Positions 17,351 to 27,083 of a DNA stretch of 64,000 bases are shown here, one piece after another; the first letter of the stretch is position 1, and the number at the start of each line of letters is the position of its first letter. The stretch comes from Candidatus Micrarchaeota archaeon. GTDB lineage: Archaea; Micrarchaeota; Micrarchaeia; Norongarragalinales; SBBD01. Made by a program: the position numbers and the translations under genes. The notes beneath the pieces are model-generated. The model saw nothing but the letters and a program-made list of their open reading frames with translations, had not been told where the DNA came from and ran no database searches. Location: contig JAHJQN010000004.1 of the NCBI GenBank assembly GCA_018819225.1, positions 194,813 through 258,812 on the forward strand, written 5' to 3'.

Positions 17351-17742
17351 TGGATATGACGGACACCCTCGCCAACGTATTGAACACCATGAAGGTCGCG
17401 GAAATTCGAGGCAAGCAAGACACGCTCGTCCGGCCCGCTTCCAAAATGATCCGCAGCGTACTGGAAATCTTGAAGGAAGAAGGGTACATCGATGAATTCG
17501 AGCTGCTGAACAACGGATTGGACGGAGAGTTTTCCGTGAAACTGAGTGGAAAGATAAATGCGTGCGGAGCCGTGAAGCCGCGCTTCCCCGTTAAAACAAG
17601 TGATTGGGAAAAATATGAATCGCGATTTCTCCCCGCCAAAGGAATGGGAATCTTACTGGTATCCACGTCCAAAGGCATTGTAACGCACCAGAAAGCAAAG
17701 GAACAGAATGCGGGTGGACGATTGATCGCGTACGTGTATTAA
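17347..17742 (+). CDS. rps8: 30S ribosomal protein S8
   Basis: S8 signature DTLANVLNTMKVAE...GGRLIAYVY. Confidence 0.9.
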   Translation: MMDMTDTLANVLNTMKVAEIRGKQDTLVRPASKMIRSVLEILKEEGYIDEFELLNNGLDGEFSVKLSGKINACGAVKPRFPVKTSDWEKYESRFLPAKGMGILLVSTSKGIVTHQKAKEQNAGGRLIAYVY

Positions 17743-17746
17743 GGGA

Positions 17747-18262
17747 TTGAACATGATTTTAGAGTTGCCAAGCAACGTATCCGTCGAAGTCCAAGGTATG
17801 CGGATCGCCATCAAAACCCCGAAAGGAGAGGCGACGGTTAAATTTAACACGCGATTCACTTCCGTTAAAAAAAATGAGAAGGGACTGGAAATTCTTCCGG
17901 CTCGAAAGGAAAACCGTGCGTCGAAAGCGGCCATGAACAGCTTCAAGAAACACATTCAAAACGCCATCCAAGGATTGGAAACGCCTTTCCAAAAGAAAAT
18001 GCGCATCATATTTGCCCACTTTCCAATTTCCATCGAGGTTAAGGGCAATGAAATCTTGGTCAAGAATTTCCTGGGTGAAAAGGTGCCGCGCGTGGCCTAC
18101 ATCCAAGGAAACACGAAAGTGGAGATTAGGGGCCAGGAGGTTATCGTGAGTGGAAACAGCAAGGACGATGTGGGTCAAACCGCGGCCAACATCAGAAAAT
18201 CCGGACGCATTCGAAGAAAAGACGAACGCGTGTTCCAAGACGGCATTTACTACGATGAATAG
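17747..18262 (+). CDS. rpl6: 50S ribosomal protein L6
   Basis: Two-domain L6 pattern, position between S8 and L32e. Confidence 0.9.
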   Translation: MNMILELPSNVSVEVQGMRIAIKTPKGEATVKFNTRFTSVKKNEKGLEILPARKENRASKAAMNSFKKHIQNAIQGLETPFQKKMRIIFAHFPISIEVKGNEILVKNFLGEKVPRVAYIQGNTKVEIRGQEVIVSGNSKDDVGQTAANIRKSGRIRRKDERVFQDGIYYDE

Positions 18263-18265
18263 GTC

Positions 18266-18610
18266 ATGATCATGAAGAAACATCCAAAATTCCAACGCCC
18301 GAACCTGTCCGGTCGCAACATCAAGAAACGCGTCAAAGACTCGTGGAGGAAGCCGCGGGGTATTGACAGCAAACAGCGTCAAAAGCTCAAGTGGGCGGGA
18401 GCGGTCGTTAAAATCGGTTATCGAAGTCCGAGAAGCGAGCGCGGGAAACACCCGAAAGGGTTGCCGGAAGTCCTCGTGCATAATTTGAAGGAATTGGAAC
18501 TCGTCAAAGGAAATACGGTGGTGATCCGGTTGGGAGGAGCCCTCTCAAAGAGAAACAAAATAGTGCTAAGAACGAAAGCGAAAGAAAACAAGATGCATGT
18601 CGTCAACTAA
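18266..18610 (+). CDS. rpl32e: 50S ribosomal protein L32e
   Basis: KHPKFQRPNLSGRNIKKRVKDSWRKPRGIDSKQR typical L32e. Confidence 0.85.
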   Translation: MIMKKHPKFQRPNLSGRNIKKRVKDSWRKPRGIDSKQRQKLKWAGAVVKIGYRSPRSERGKHPKGLPEVLVHNLKELELVKGNTVVIRLGGALSKRNKIVLRTKAKENKMHVVN

Positions 18611-18627
18611 TGAAGGAGATCCCGGTT

Positions 18628-19074
18628 ATGGCTATACATACGGTTCGAAGACTGGCGGCGAAGATTTGGAGAAGCGGCGAGTCCCGCGTTCGGATTATGG
18701 ACGCGAAGCGCGCGGGCGAAGCGTTGACGACGGAAGACGTGAAACAATTGATTGAAGAAAAAGTCGTTATTCTGCTACCCAAACAAGGCGTTTCGAGAGG
18801 AAAAGCGCGCATCAAGCAATCCCGGAAAAAAATGGGGAGAGGTCGCGGTAAGGGAAGCCGTAAAGGCTCGAAATATGCCGGAATTTCCAAAAAAGACCGC
18901 TGGATTCGTAAAGTCCGAGCGCAACGAAGGCTGTTGAAATCCCGACAGGGAAAAATCCCGAATGCGGTGTACCGAAGCACGTACCGAATGATCAAGGGTA
19001 ACGCGTTCCCCGACAAGAAGCGTCTGGAGGACTATTTGAAGAAAATGGCGCCCATTAAAGGTGAAAAAGCGTGA
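18628..19074 (+). CDS. rpl19e: 50S ribosomal protein L19e
   Basis: TVRRLAAKIWRSGESRVRIMD matches L19e N-terminus; GGAG 8 nt upstream of this ATG. Confidence 0.85.
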   Translation: MAIHTVRRLAAKIWRSGESRVRIMDAKRAGEALTTEDVKQLIEEKVVILLPKQGVSRGKARIKQSRKKMGRGRGKGSRKGSKYAGISKKDRWIRKVRAQRRLLKSRQGKIPNAVYRSTYRMIKGNAFPDKKRLEDYLKKMAPIKGEKA

Positions 19075-19574
19075 CCGAAGCAACTGGAGCCATATTTGAT
19101 GTCCATTTTCGGAGGAGACGAGAAGGAAAGACGGATTACGTGAAGCGTCTTCACCACCTGAAATCCAGGAAAACGCGATTGATTGTGCGTCGAACGAATC
19201 GATTCATCATCGTGGCATTTGCCCAATATGATCCGAAAGGCGACCACATCATCGTGTCCAGGACCTCGAAAGAACTCAAGAAGATGGGCTTCGACGGGAA
19301 ATGCAATGTTCCGTCAGCCTACTTAACCGCGTATTGGTGCGCCAAAGAAGCGCAAAAGAAGAACGTGAAGGACGCCATTCTGGACATGGGGTTGCATGCC
19401 GCCACAAAAGGAAACGTGATTTTTGCGGCGCTGAAAGGCGCGGTGGATGGAGGCATTGCCATACCGATGGGTAACGACATTGCGCCGTCCGATGACCGGA
19501 TCAAAGGAAAGCACTTGAATGAAACGTTGCAGAATCAATTCGACGAATCCAAGAAGAAAATCGACGCTTCGTGA
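19071..19574 (+). CDS. rpl18: 50S ribosomal protein L18 (L5e family)
   Basis: RRRREGKTDYVKRLHHLKSRKTRLIVRRTNRFIIVAF. Confidence 0.85.
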   Translation: MTEATGAIFDVHFRRRREGKTDYVKRLHHLKSRKTRLIVRRTNRFIIVAFAQYDPKGDHIIVSRTSKELKKMGFDGKCNVPSAYLTAYWCAKEAQKKNVKDAILDMGLHAATKGNVIFAALKGAVDGGIAIPMGNDIAPSDDRIKGKHLNETLQNQFDESKKKIDAS

Positions 19575-19589
19575 ACAGGGGGATGACTT

Positions 19590-20426
19590 TTGGCAGAACG
19601 AGAATATCGAAAACGAACGATTGAAGCCCCTCCGTGGGTACCGCGAACGGAACTCGGAAAAAAGGTAGCCGCGGGACTGGTTACGAGTATCGATGAAGTC
19701 CTTAAAAGTGGAAAACCCATTCTGGAGACACAAATCGTGGACGCGTTGCTCCCCGACTTAAGGGAAGAGGTGCTGGATGTCACGAACACGCAACGCATGA
19801 CCTCCTACGGGCGAAAGATGACCATGCGCGCCATTGTGATCATCGGAAATCAGCGCGGATACGTTGGAGCCGGTGTCGGAAAATCGGCGGAAGCACGAGA
19901 TGCCATTCAAGAAGCCATTACGGATGCAAAGAAAAATATCGTTAAAGTCATGTTGGGATGCGGTTCATGGGAATGCGGTTGCGGAACCCCCCACAGTATT
20001 CTTCACAAAGGCAGTGGAAAGAGCTCGAGCACATCCATTCAAGTGATTCCGGCACCGAAAGGAGTGGGGATCGTGGCCGGTCAAACCTCCAAAAAAGTAT
20101 TGGAACTCGTGGGGATTAAGGACTGCTGGACGTTTACAAAAGGGCGCACCCGCAACATCCTGAACATGGTTCTCGCAACGCTGCACGCCCTGGATGCATT
20201 GAATCATTTCAAGAAAGGAAGAACGTACATGGAACCCGAACCCCTTCACGAAGGCGTGACTCAATCCATTGAACAGACTACGATTGAAGAGTCCCCGAAG
20301 AAAGAAGAAGCACCTGAAAAAGAAATAGCGGAAACCACTCCGAAACCTTCCAAGCCTAAAAAATCGCCCGTCAAGAAAAAAGACGTTGAAACGGATCAAG
20401 AAGTCAAGGAACCCGAGGAGGATTAA
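19590..20426 (+). CDS. rps5: 30S ribosomal protein S5 with ~55-aa Lys/Glu/Pro-rich C-terminal tail
   Basis: S5 dsRBD + S5 C-domain (VVIIGNQRGYVGAGVGKSAEARDAIQEAI...); tail KKEEAPEKEIAETTPKPSKPKKSPVKKKDVETDQEVKEPEED. Confidence 0.85.
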   Translation: MAEREYRKRTIEAPPWVPRTELGKKVAAGLVTSIDEVLKSGKPILETQIVDALLPDLREEVLDVTNTQRMTSYGRKMTMRAIVIIGNQRGYVGAGVGKSAEARDAIQEAITDAKKNIVKVMLGCGSWECGCGTPHSILHKGSGKSSSTSIQVIPAPKGVGIVAGQTSKKVLELVGIKDCWTFTKGRTRNILNMVLATLHALDALNHFKKGRTYMEPEPLHEGVTQSIEQTTIEESPKKEEAPEKEIAETTPKPSKPKKSPVKKKDVETDQEVKEPEED

Positions 20427-20428
20427 GC

Positions 20429-20899
20429 ATGAGCAACGTATTCGCCATTATTCGCATTCGAGGAAGCATGGAGACCCAACGAACCGTCGAGAAAGCACTC
20501 GTTCAATTGCACCTCACCCGCAAGAACCACTGCGTTTTCATAACGAACACGCCCTCTCACAAAGGAATCCTCCAAAAAGGAAAAGATTTTTTGACGTGGG
20601 GCGAAGTCTCCGCACCCGTTGTTCTTCAATTGTTGCAGAAAAGAGGCCGCGTCGCAGGAGATAGGCCGGTATCAGACGAATACGTGGAGAAAAACAGTCC
20701 GTTCAAGACCCTCAATGAATTGGCGGATGCTCTCGCACAAGGAACGGCGACCATGAAAACCGTGAAGGGATTGCGCCCCATGCTGCGTTTGTCTCCCCCG
20801 TTAAAAGGATTCAAGGCCAGCGTGAAACGCCCGTACCCGAAAGGCGTGTTAGGCTACCGCGGTGCCGACATCGAGAAACTGCTCGCGCGCATGATGTAA
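20429..20899 (+). CDS. rpl30: 50S ribosomal protein L30
   Basis: MSNVFAIIRIRGSMETQRTVEKALVQLHLTRKNHCVF ferredoxin-like L30 N-terminus. Confidence 0.85.
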   Translation: MSNVFAIIRIRGSMETQRTVEKALVQLHLTRKNHCVFITNTPSHKGILQKGKDFLTWGEVSAPVVLQLLQKRGRVAGDRPVSDEYVEKNSPFKTLNELADALAQGTATMKTVKGLRPMLRLSPPLKGFKASVKRPYPKGVLGYRGADIEKLLARMM

Positions 20900-21063
20900 A
20901 CCGTTTGGTTTGGAGATTAAATAGTTCATCACGAATAGCGTGCGCCTTAAACGCAATCCATATAAAACGGGAACGCGTATTCTTGTTAAGCGTTCATATT
21001 GGATAAAGAGGTGGAGCGAGATGAATGGACCAGGCGGGTGTTGTTAGACAAGTGACTTCCCAT

Positions 21064-21097
21064 GCGCGTTTCGGCGCGCCCTTTTTTCTTTTTTTTC
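21064..21097 (+). terminator. GC hairpin followed by 16-nt T-tract (putative operon terminator after L30)
   Basis: gcgcgtttcggcgcgc stem-loop then cttttttcttttttttcc; archaeal termination uses oligo-T tracts. Confidence 0.4.
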
Positions 21098-21230
21098 CAT
21101 CCACTCGAAGCATACCTTAATATTCTCAATTTTACCTATTTCTAATAGATGATGAGATTGCCCCAGACGGAGCCGAAAGGCTGTGACGAACGAGGTAGCT
21201 ACTGATAAATTCAATTAAAGTGATACCCGC

Positions 21231-21596
21231 ATGACCGTAGTGGAATACACGGATCCCAGAAGGCTGAAATCGCGGATTATGGAAATGAGGCCCATACTCG
21301 TGCATTTTGCGAACGAAGGAAGAATAAGGGGAGAAACCCATGCGACGGTATTCGAGCAGGTACCCCGGGGACTGCCGGTACGCCACGTGGATGTGGCACG
21401 CATACTAATAAAAGATCGACTGGGTGGATTAAAGTCAGCTGATCATTCCGATTTGGTTATGGGTCACCAGATACGCGAATTGCCTACGGTCGCGCTATTT
21501 CATATGGGAAAACTGATTGCGCAAACGTCCGAGCCCATCGACCGCACTCATTTTCCGACTTGGTTGAAACAGGCCTTGGAAAAAATTGGAAAATAG
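21231..21596 (+). CDS. thioredoxin-fold-like small protein lacking CxxC active site
   Basis: ILVHFANEGRIRGE resembles the Trx beta1-alpha1 segment but with no cysteines; lies adjacent to trxB. Confidence 0.35.
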   Translation: MTVVEYTDPRRLKSRIMEMRPILVHFANEGRIRGETHATVFEQVPRGLPVRHVDVARILIKDRLGGLKSADHSDLVMGHQIRELPTVALFHMGKLIAQTSEPIDRTHFPTWLKQALEKIGK

Positions 21597-22269
21597 GCGA
21601 TCTGAAATGAGAGCCATCGATATGCTGTCGGTTTCCCTCGTGATCATTGCATTTCTTTTAGCGATCGGTAGTTACGGAAATCTACCGGATCGGGTGCCCA
21701 CGCATTGGGACATTTCAGGCAAACCGGATAAGTACGATAGCCGGGAAATGGGGGCGTTTCTGATTCCAGGGATCATGGTCGTTCTGTTTGTTTTATGGGA
21801 ATTCATTCCCCGAATCGCCGTGTTTAAGAAAAATTTCAAGGCGCACATGAGTGAATACAAGCAGTTTCGAGCGGTATTCCTCTTGTTTTTCCTGCTTGTT
21901 TATGGCGCCATGCTCGCTCCGCATTACGGAATCTATTTTCACATGGGACAATCGATGCTAATAGGTATCGGCCTGCTCTTCCTGTATATTGGACAGGTGT
22001 TACCGCGTTTCAAGCGCAATTTCTTCGTAGGCATTCGGACTCCGTGGGCCATTGCCAGTGACGAAGTCTGGAAGAAGACGCACATCCTGGGAGGTAAGGT
22101 GTTCAAAGTTCTGGGAGTCATCATGCTGTTGTCTCTCTTCCTTGACCAAAAGGATGCGTTCCTCGTTATGATGGCGTCCATATTGGTAGGGGTATTCGGA
22201 TTATTCGTTTATTCGTATCTTGAATACCGAAAAATGCCTGCCAGCAAGCGAAACAACCGCTTTCAATAA
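21586..22269 (+). CDS. SdpI/YhfL-family membrane protein (DUF1648 + SdpI domains)
   Basis: PDRVPTHWDISGKPD (DUF1648-like) and GIRTPWAIASDEVWKKTH (SdpI-like), 4-5 TM helices. Confidence 0.6.
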   Translation: MENRRSEMRAIDMLSVSLVIIAFLLAIGSYGNLPDRVPTHWDISGKPDKYDSREMGAFLIPGIMVVLFVLWEFIPRIAVFKKNFKAHMSEYKQFRAVFLLFFLLVYGAMLAPHYGIYFHMGQSMLIGIGLLFLYIGQVLPRFKRNFFVGIRTPWAIASDEVWKKTHILGGKVFKVLGVIMLLSLFLDQKDAFLVMMASILVGVFGLFVYSYLEYRKMPASKRNNRFQ

Positions 22270-22343
22270 TGAATGGCTGCGGAACGAAAAGACTTAAAAT
22301 GGTTGTAATGCAATCATTATTGCACTGATAACGTTCAGCGCTA

Positions 22344-23288
22344 ATGGGTTTGGACATGTACGACGTGCTAATAGTAGGTGCTGGTGCGGCAGGGCTCACG
22401 TCCGCGTTGTATACGGCAAGGAAGAAACTCAAAACCCTTGTGATCAGTGCCGATGTGGGAGGACAGATGAATTTGACCTCGCATATCGAGAATTATCCGG
22501 GAGTGAGCACGTCAACCGGGCCGGGTTTGATGAAAAAGTTTCAGGACCAAGCCGTGAGGCACGGCGCCGAAATCGTGATCGGACACGTTAAAAAAGTCGA
22601 GAAGAATGAGAAGGGATTCAAGTCGTTGATGGCGAACGGACAGAGCATTGAAAGTAAAACGGTGATCCTCGCGTTCGGATTGGTGCCGCGAACGCTCGGT
22701 ATCCCCGGAGAAGAGCAATTCATCGGAAAAGGCATTTCGACTTGCGTAACGTGCGACGGCCCCCTGTTCAAAAACAAGACCGTGGCCGTCGTCGGCGGCG
22801 GCAACTCGGCCATCGAAGGCGTTTTGGAATTGGCCGAGTATTGCGAAAAGGTTTATTCCATTCACAGGCGAGATAAATTTACGGCGGACGCGCATACCAT
22901 TGACAAGCTCAAGCATACCCGAAACGTGGAAATGATTATGCACAGTGCGCTCAAGGACGTGAGAGGCTCTCCATTCTTGAAAAGCACGACGGTTATCGAC
23001 GTGAATACGCACAAGACGCGAGACATCGACGTGAGCGGAATATTCCTGCAGATTGGTCACGTGGTGGATACGGCCCTTGTCAAAGGAATCGTGGAACTGA
23101 CGAATCGAAACGAGGTCGTCATCAACGACCGGAACGCCACATCCGTTCCCGGCATCTTCGCAGCTGGCGATTGCACGAATATCCCGTTTAAACAAACGGT
23201 GATTTCAGCCGGGGAAGGCGCGAAAGCCGGTTTGGAGGCACAGCGCTATTTGAAAGGAGGCAAAGGGGTCTCCATCGACTGGAGTTAA
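22344..23288 (+). CDS. trxB: thioredoxin-disulfide reductase
   Basis: FAD site VLIVGAGAAGLTSALY, redox-active CVTCDG, NADPH site VAVVGGGNSA. Confidence 0.85.
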   Translation: MGLDMYDVLIVGAGAAGLTSALYTARKKLKTLVISADVGGQMNLTSHIENYPGVSTSTGPGLMKKFQDQAVRHGAEIVIGHVKKVEKNEKGFKSLMANGQSIESKTVILAFGLVPRTLGIPGEEQFIGKGISTCVTCDGPLFKNKTVAVVGGGNSAIEGVLELAEYCEKVYSIHRRDKFTADAHTIDKLKHTRNVEMIMHSALKDVRGSPFLKSTTVIDVNTHKTRDIDVSGIFLQIGHVVDTALVKGIVELTNRNEVVINDRNATSVPGIFAAGDCTNIPFKQTVISAGEGAKAGLEAQRYLKGGKGVSIDWS

Positions 23289-23351
23289 GGGGCTCCGAGT
23301 CTCCGCGAACCCTTTTTAATTTGCTTCACGTCTACCCCCACGGGTCTCATC

Positions 23352-24026
23352 ATGAATTCCATCAACGAACGGTTAATGCAGGTGGAGAAACGAATCGCGG
23401 CCAGTTGCGCGAAAGCCGGGCGTGATTTCGGAGAGGTTCGCATTGTCGCCGTTAGCAAGGGAAGGACGTTCGACGACATGCGGGAAGCTTATGACAATGG
23501 AGTACGATTTTTCGGAGAAAATCGTCTTAAAGAAGCAGAAGAAAAGTGGCCGTTGATGCCGGCGGAAGCGGAATTGCACATGGTGGGATCGCTGCAAAAA
23601 AATAAGGTCAAGAAGGCCGTGCAGATGTTCGAAACCATTCATTCACTGGATGACGAGGATCTGGCAAAGAAATTAAATCGGCACGCGGAAGACCAACAAA
23701 AACGCCTGAAAGTATTACTGCAAGTGAACATTTCGGGCGAAACCAGCAAACACGGTTTTTCCGTGAATGAAGCCTCACGGGCCGCGGAACGAATCTTGGA
23801 TTTCAAGAGCTTAGACTTACAAGGGCTCATGACTCTGGCGCCGTTCACGAAGAACGCGGAGGAGTCTCGCCCGGTCTTCAAAAACCTTCGCGAAATAAGG
23901 GACGGTATGGAAAAGGATATGGGATTGCGTCTGCCTGAATTATCTATGGGTATGAGTCAAGACTTTGAAGTCGCGATTGAGGAAGGGGCAACGTATATTC
24001 GTTTGGGCACCGCCATCTTCGGATAA
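23352..24026 (+). CDS. yggS: YggS-family pyridoxal-phosphate homeostasis protein
   Basis: VAVSKGRTF...HMVGSLQKNKVKKAV...YIRLGTAIFG family pattern. Confidence 0.8.
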   Translation: MNSINERLMQVEKRIAASCAKAGRDFGEVRIVAVSKGRTFDDMREAYDNGVRFFGENRLKEAEEKWPLMPAEAELHMVGSLQKNKVKKAVQMFETIHSLDDEDLAKKLNRHAEDQQKRLKVLLQVNISGETSKHGFSVNEASRAAERILDFKSLDLQGLMTLAPFTKNAEESRPVFKNLREIRDGMEKDMGLRLPELSMGMSQDFEVAIEEGATYIRLGTAIFG

Positions 24027-24446
24027 TTACAGCTTTTCCTTGATCTTATTGCGGTACGAATCCATCTCTCCTTCCTTATACAAGTTGCGCGGCCATTTGA
24101 GTTCAAGATCATCGCCCTTGAACCGCGGAATCACGTGAAGGTGGTTGTGGAAGATCAATTGGCCCGCGGATTCCCCGTTATTCTGAAGAATATTCACTCC
24201 GTCGCACTGAAGAGCGTCTTTCAATGCTTTCGCTATGCGCTGCGCCAATAACGCCATGCCAGCCAACTCCTCCTCGGAAAGATTCCATACGGATTCCGAA
24301 TGTTTTTTGGGAGATATTAATACGTGGCCTTTGTTGGCCGGATACAAATCCAGAAAGGCCATGAAAAGAGAATCCTCGTACACTTTAGAGGAAGGCACTT
24401 CCCCCGAAGCCACTTTGCAAAAAAGACAATCCGCCATCGCATTCAC
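24027..24446 (-). CDS. HIT-family nucleotide hydrolase
   Basis: Histidine triad HNHLHVIP, CLFCKV zinc-binding N-terminus. Confidence 0.8.
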   Translation of the reverse strand: MNAMADCLFCKVASGEVPSSKVYEDSLFMAFLDLYPANKGHVLISPKKHSESVWNLSEEELAGMALLAQRIAKALKDALQCDGVNILQNNGESAGQLIFHNHLHVIPRFKGDDLELKWPRNLYKEGEMDSYRNKIKEKL

Positions 24447-24491
24447 CCCCTAATCCACTCATGACTTAAAGAGCGGCGAATCTTTTATAAA

Positions 24492-24767
24492 CTAGGCGTT
24501 CTTCCAACAGCGAAACATGCCTCTGGCGACCGGCGTCAACGAGTAGCGTGAAGACAGGGGACGCTTACGGAGAATGTGGCGGTTGACCAAACCGCGTTTT
24601 TCAAGTTCGCGCAGGCGCGAGCTTAATACGCCTTGCGTAATACCCCGAAGCGCATGCTTTAATTCGTTAAATTGACTGGGATGGCGGTGTAAGTTCCGGA
24701 TAATGCGTACGGTCCACCGTTTTTCCAGAACGTCAAAATTGAGCACAATAGGACAATCCGGATGCAT
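24492..24767 (-). CDS. HxlR/MarR-type winged-helix transcriptional regulator, divergent from suf operon
   Basis: CPIVLNFDVLEKRWTVRIIRNLHRHPSQFNELKHALRGITQGVLSSRLRELEKRGLV; shorter start (Met at 24767) chosen because the longer ORF would overlap sufC. Confidence 0.6.
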   Translation of the reverse strand: MHPDCPIVLNFDVLEKRWTVRIIRNLHRHPSQFNELKHALRGITQGVLSSRLRELEKRGLVNRHILRKRPLSSRYSLTPVARGMFRCWKNA

Positions 24768-24872
24768 GTTATCGACCCGATGCGACCATTTACCGAAAGG
24801 TATTAATAGGGTCAAAGGTATTAAAAACATACCTATTGGCGACTCCTTTTTAATCCGTAGTGGGAGAGATTC

Positions 24873-25616
24873 ATGAGCGTTCTCGAAATTAAGAACCTGC
24901 ACGCAAGCGTGGACGGGAAGAAAATCCTTAACGGATTAACCCTTACGATACGCGCGGGAGAACGCCACGCGCTCATGGGTCCGAATGGATCGGGAAAAAG
25001 CACGTTGAGTCACCTCATCATGGGACACCCGAAGTATGAAGTGACGAAGGGAGACATTCGGTTGAACGGAAAAAGCGTATTAGAATGGCCTCCGGATGTT
25101 CGTGCCCGAAACGGAATCTTCCTGGCATTTCAGTACCCGGAGGAGGTTCCCGGCGTATTGCTTCCGAGCTTTCTTAGAAATACGTATACGGCGGTACACC
25201 CGAACGAAAAATTGCTTTCCGTTAAAGAATTCATGGATCGATTGCGAAAACAAATGAAGCTCATCCAAATGGATGAGAGCTTTATTGACCGTTACCTCAA
25301 CGAAGGATTCTCAGGCGGAGAGAAAAAAAGAAACGAGATTCTTCAAATGGCACTGATACAACCCCAAATCGCGATCCTCGACGAAACCGATTCGGGGTTG
25401 GATGTGGATGCCCTCAAAACCGTGGCTGAAAACGTGAAGCGAATAGCCCATGAGGATATCGGGCTGCTCATTATCACGCATTACCCCCGGATATTGAAAT
25501 ACATCCGGCCGGCATTCGTCCACCTAATGGTTAAGGGAAAAATCATCAAGTCGGGCGGACTCGATTTAGCCACGGAACTGGAAGAAAAAGGGTATGCGAA
25601 AACGCTTCGAGCGTGA
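24873..25616 (+). CDS. sufC: Fe-S cluster assembly ATPase SufC
   Basis: Walker A GPNGSGKST, ABC signature FSGGEKKR, Walker B ILDETDSGLD. Confidence 0.9.
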   Translation: MSVLEIKNLHASVDGKKILNGLTLTIRAGERHALMGPNGSGKSTLSHLIMGHPKYEVTKGDIRLNGKSVLEWPPDVRARNGIFLAFQYPEEVPGVLLPSFLRNTYTAVHPNEKLLSVKEFMDRLRKQMKLIQMDESFIDRYLNEGFSGGEKKRNEILQMALIQPQIAILDETDSGLDVDALKTVAENVKRIAHEDIGLLIITHYPRILKYIRPAFVHLMVKGKIIKSGGLDLATELEEKGYAKTLRA

Positions 25617-27079
25617 AGACCATGAAAACGCAAGGATATCGCGATTCATACACTAAAAAATACGGGTTCAAAACCCGGGCGAAAGTGGAGTACGAAACCG
25701 AAAAAGGATTATCGCCGTCCGTAGTCGGAACGATTTCCAAAACGAAAACGGAAGCCCATTGGCTCACTCGTTTTCGATTGAATGCATTGCAACATTTCGA
25801 GAAACGAACCCTGCCGCAATGGGGCGCTGATTTGTCAGAAATCGACTTCAATGATGTGGTATATTACTCGAAGGCCACGGAATCTCAAGCCAATCAATGG
25901 GAAGACGTGCCAGTCGAAATCAAGAACACATTCGAAAGACTCGGCATCCCCGAGGCGGAACGAAAATTCCTCGCCGGAGTCGGAGCCCAATTCGACAGTG
26001 AAAACGTGTATCATAGCCTACAACAAGCCCTTCACAAAAAAGGCGTCGTATTTGTGGATCCGGATACCGCGCTGAACCCGACTCCCGAACGCCTGAAAAC
26101 GCTGGGTTTGAAAGCCGGTGCCATGAAAAAAGCCTCCCAAAAATTCAGGGAGTGGTTTGGAAAAATCGTCCCGTTCCAAGACAATAAGTTCGCCGCACTA
26201 AATAGTGCCGTGTTTTCAGGCGGCAGCTTCATTTACATTCCACCGCACGTGGACGTCCAACTCCCACTTCAAGCCTATTTCCGAATCAACCGCGAAGGCG
26301 TTGGTCAATTCGAAAGAACGTTAATCATTGCAGATGAAGGCAGCAAAGTCCATTACATTGAAGGATGCACCGCCCCCACGTATCAAGACAAGAGCCGCTC
26401 ATTGCACACAGCAGTCGTCGAACTGGTCGCGCTTCCAGGAGCCCAAGTCCGTTATACGACACTGCAAAACTGGTCGAACAACGTGTACAATTTAGTCACG
26501 AAACGCGCATTCGCTTACGAAAATGCGGTGGTGGAATGGCTGGATTCCAATATCGGGAGCCGCGTGACCATGAAATACCCTAGCGTGCACCTTAAAGGCG
26601 CTCACGCAAAAGCCGACATATTATCGGTTACCTACGCAGGCGAAAACCAATATCAAGACGCTGGAGGAAAAGTCCTTCATCTCGCTCCGTACACGTCATC
26701 CAAAATCGTTTCCAAATCCGTCAGTAAAGACGGCGGGCATTCGTCATACCGAGGATTGCTTCATGTCGCGAAAGGGGCCACGAACGCCACCTCGTCCGTG
26801 CGCTGCGACGCCTTGTTATTAGACGAAAAATCGACCACCGACACCTACCCGTATAATATCATTCGCGACGAATCCGCCACCGTGTCTCATGAAGCCAGCG
26901 TCGGAAAAATCAGCGAAGACACCGTCTATTACTTGATGAGTCGAGGCTTAAGTGAACCTCAAGCACTCAGTCTCGTCGTCAACGGATTTCTCGAGATATT
27001 CAGCAAGGAACTTCCCATGGAATACGCTGTTGAATTCAACCGCCTCATCCAACTCGAAATGGCGGGATCCGTAGGTTAA
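25613..27079 (+). CDS. sufB: Fe-S cluster assembly protein SufB
   Basis: SufB/D beta-helix core, overlaps sufC stop by 4 nt. Confidence 0.9.
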   Translation: MKTMKTQGYRDSYTKKYGFKTRAKVEYETEKGLSPSVVGTISKTKTEAHWLTRFRLNALQHFEKRTLPQWGADLSEIDFNDVVYYSKATESQANQWEDVPVEIKNTFERLGIPEAERKFLAGVGAQFDSENVYHSLQQALHKKGVVFVDPDTALNPTPERLKTLGLKAGAMKKASQKFREWFGKIVPFQDNKFAALNSAVFSGGSFIYIPPHVDVQLPLQAYFRINREGVGQFERTLIIADEGSKVHYIEGCTAPTYQDKSRSLHTAVVELVALPGAQVRYTTLQNWSNNVYNLVTKRAFAYENAVVEWLDSNIGSRVTMKYPSVHLKGAHAKADILSVTYAGENQYQDAGGKVLHLAPYTSSKIVSKSVSKDGGHSSYRGLLHVAKGATNATSSVRCDALLLDEKSTTDTYPYNIIRDESATVSHEASVGKISEDTVYYLMSRGLSEPQALSLVVNGFLEIFSKELPMEYAVEFNRLIQLEMAGSVG

Positions 27080-27083
27080 CGCA

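Noticed and set aside
24768-24902. Longer start for the HxlR-type regulator (Met at 24902)
   Set aside because: Would overlap the divergent sufC start and adds a hydrophobic, non-conserved 45 aa. The internal Met at 24767 gives a typical ~90-aa HxlR protein and a 105-nt divergent promoter region.
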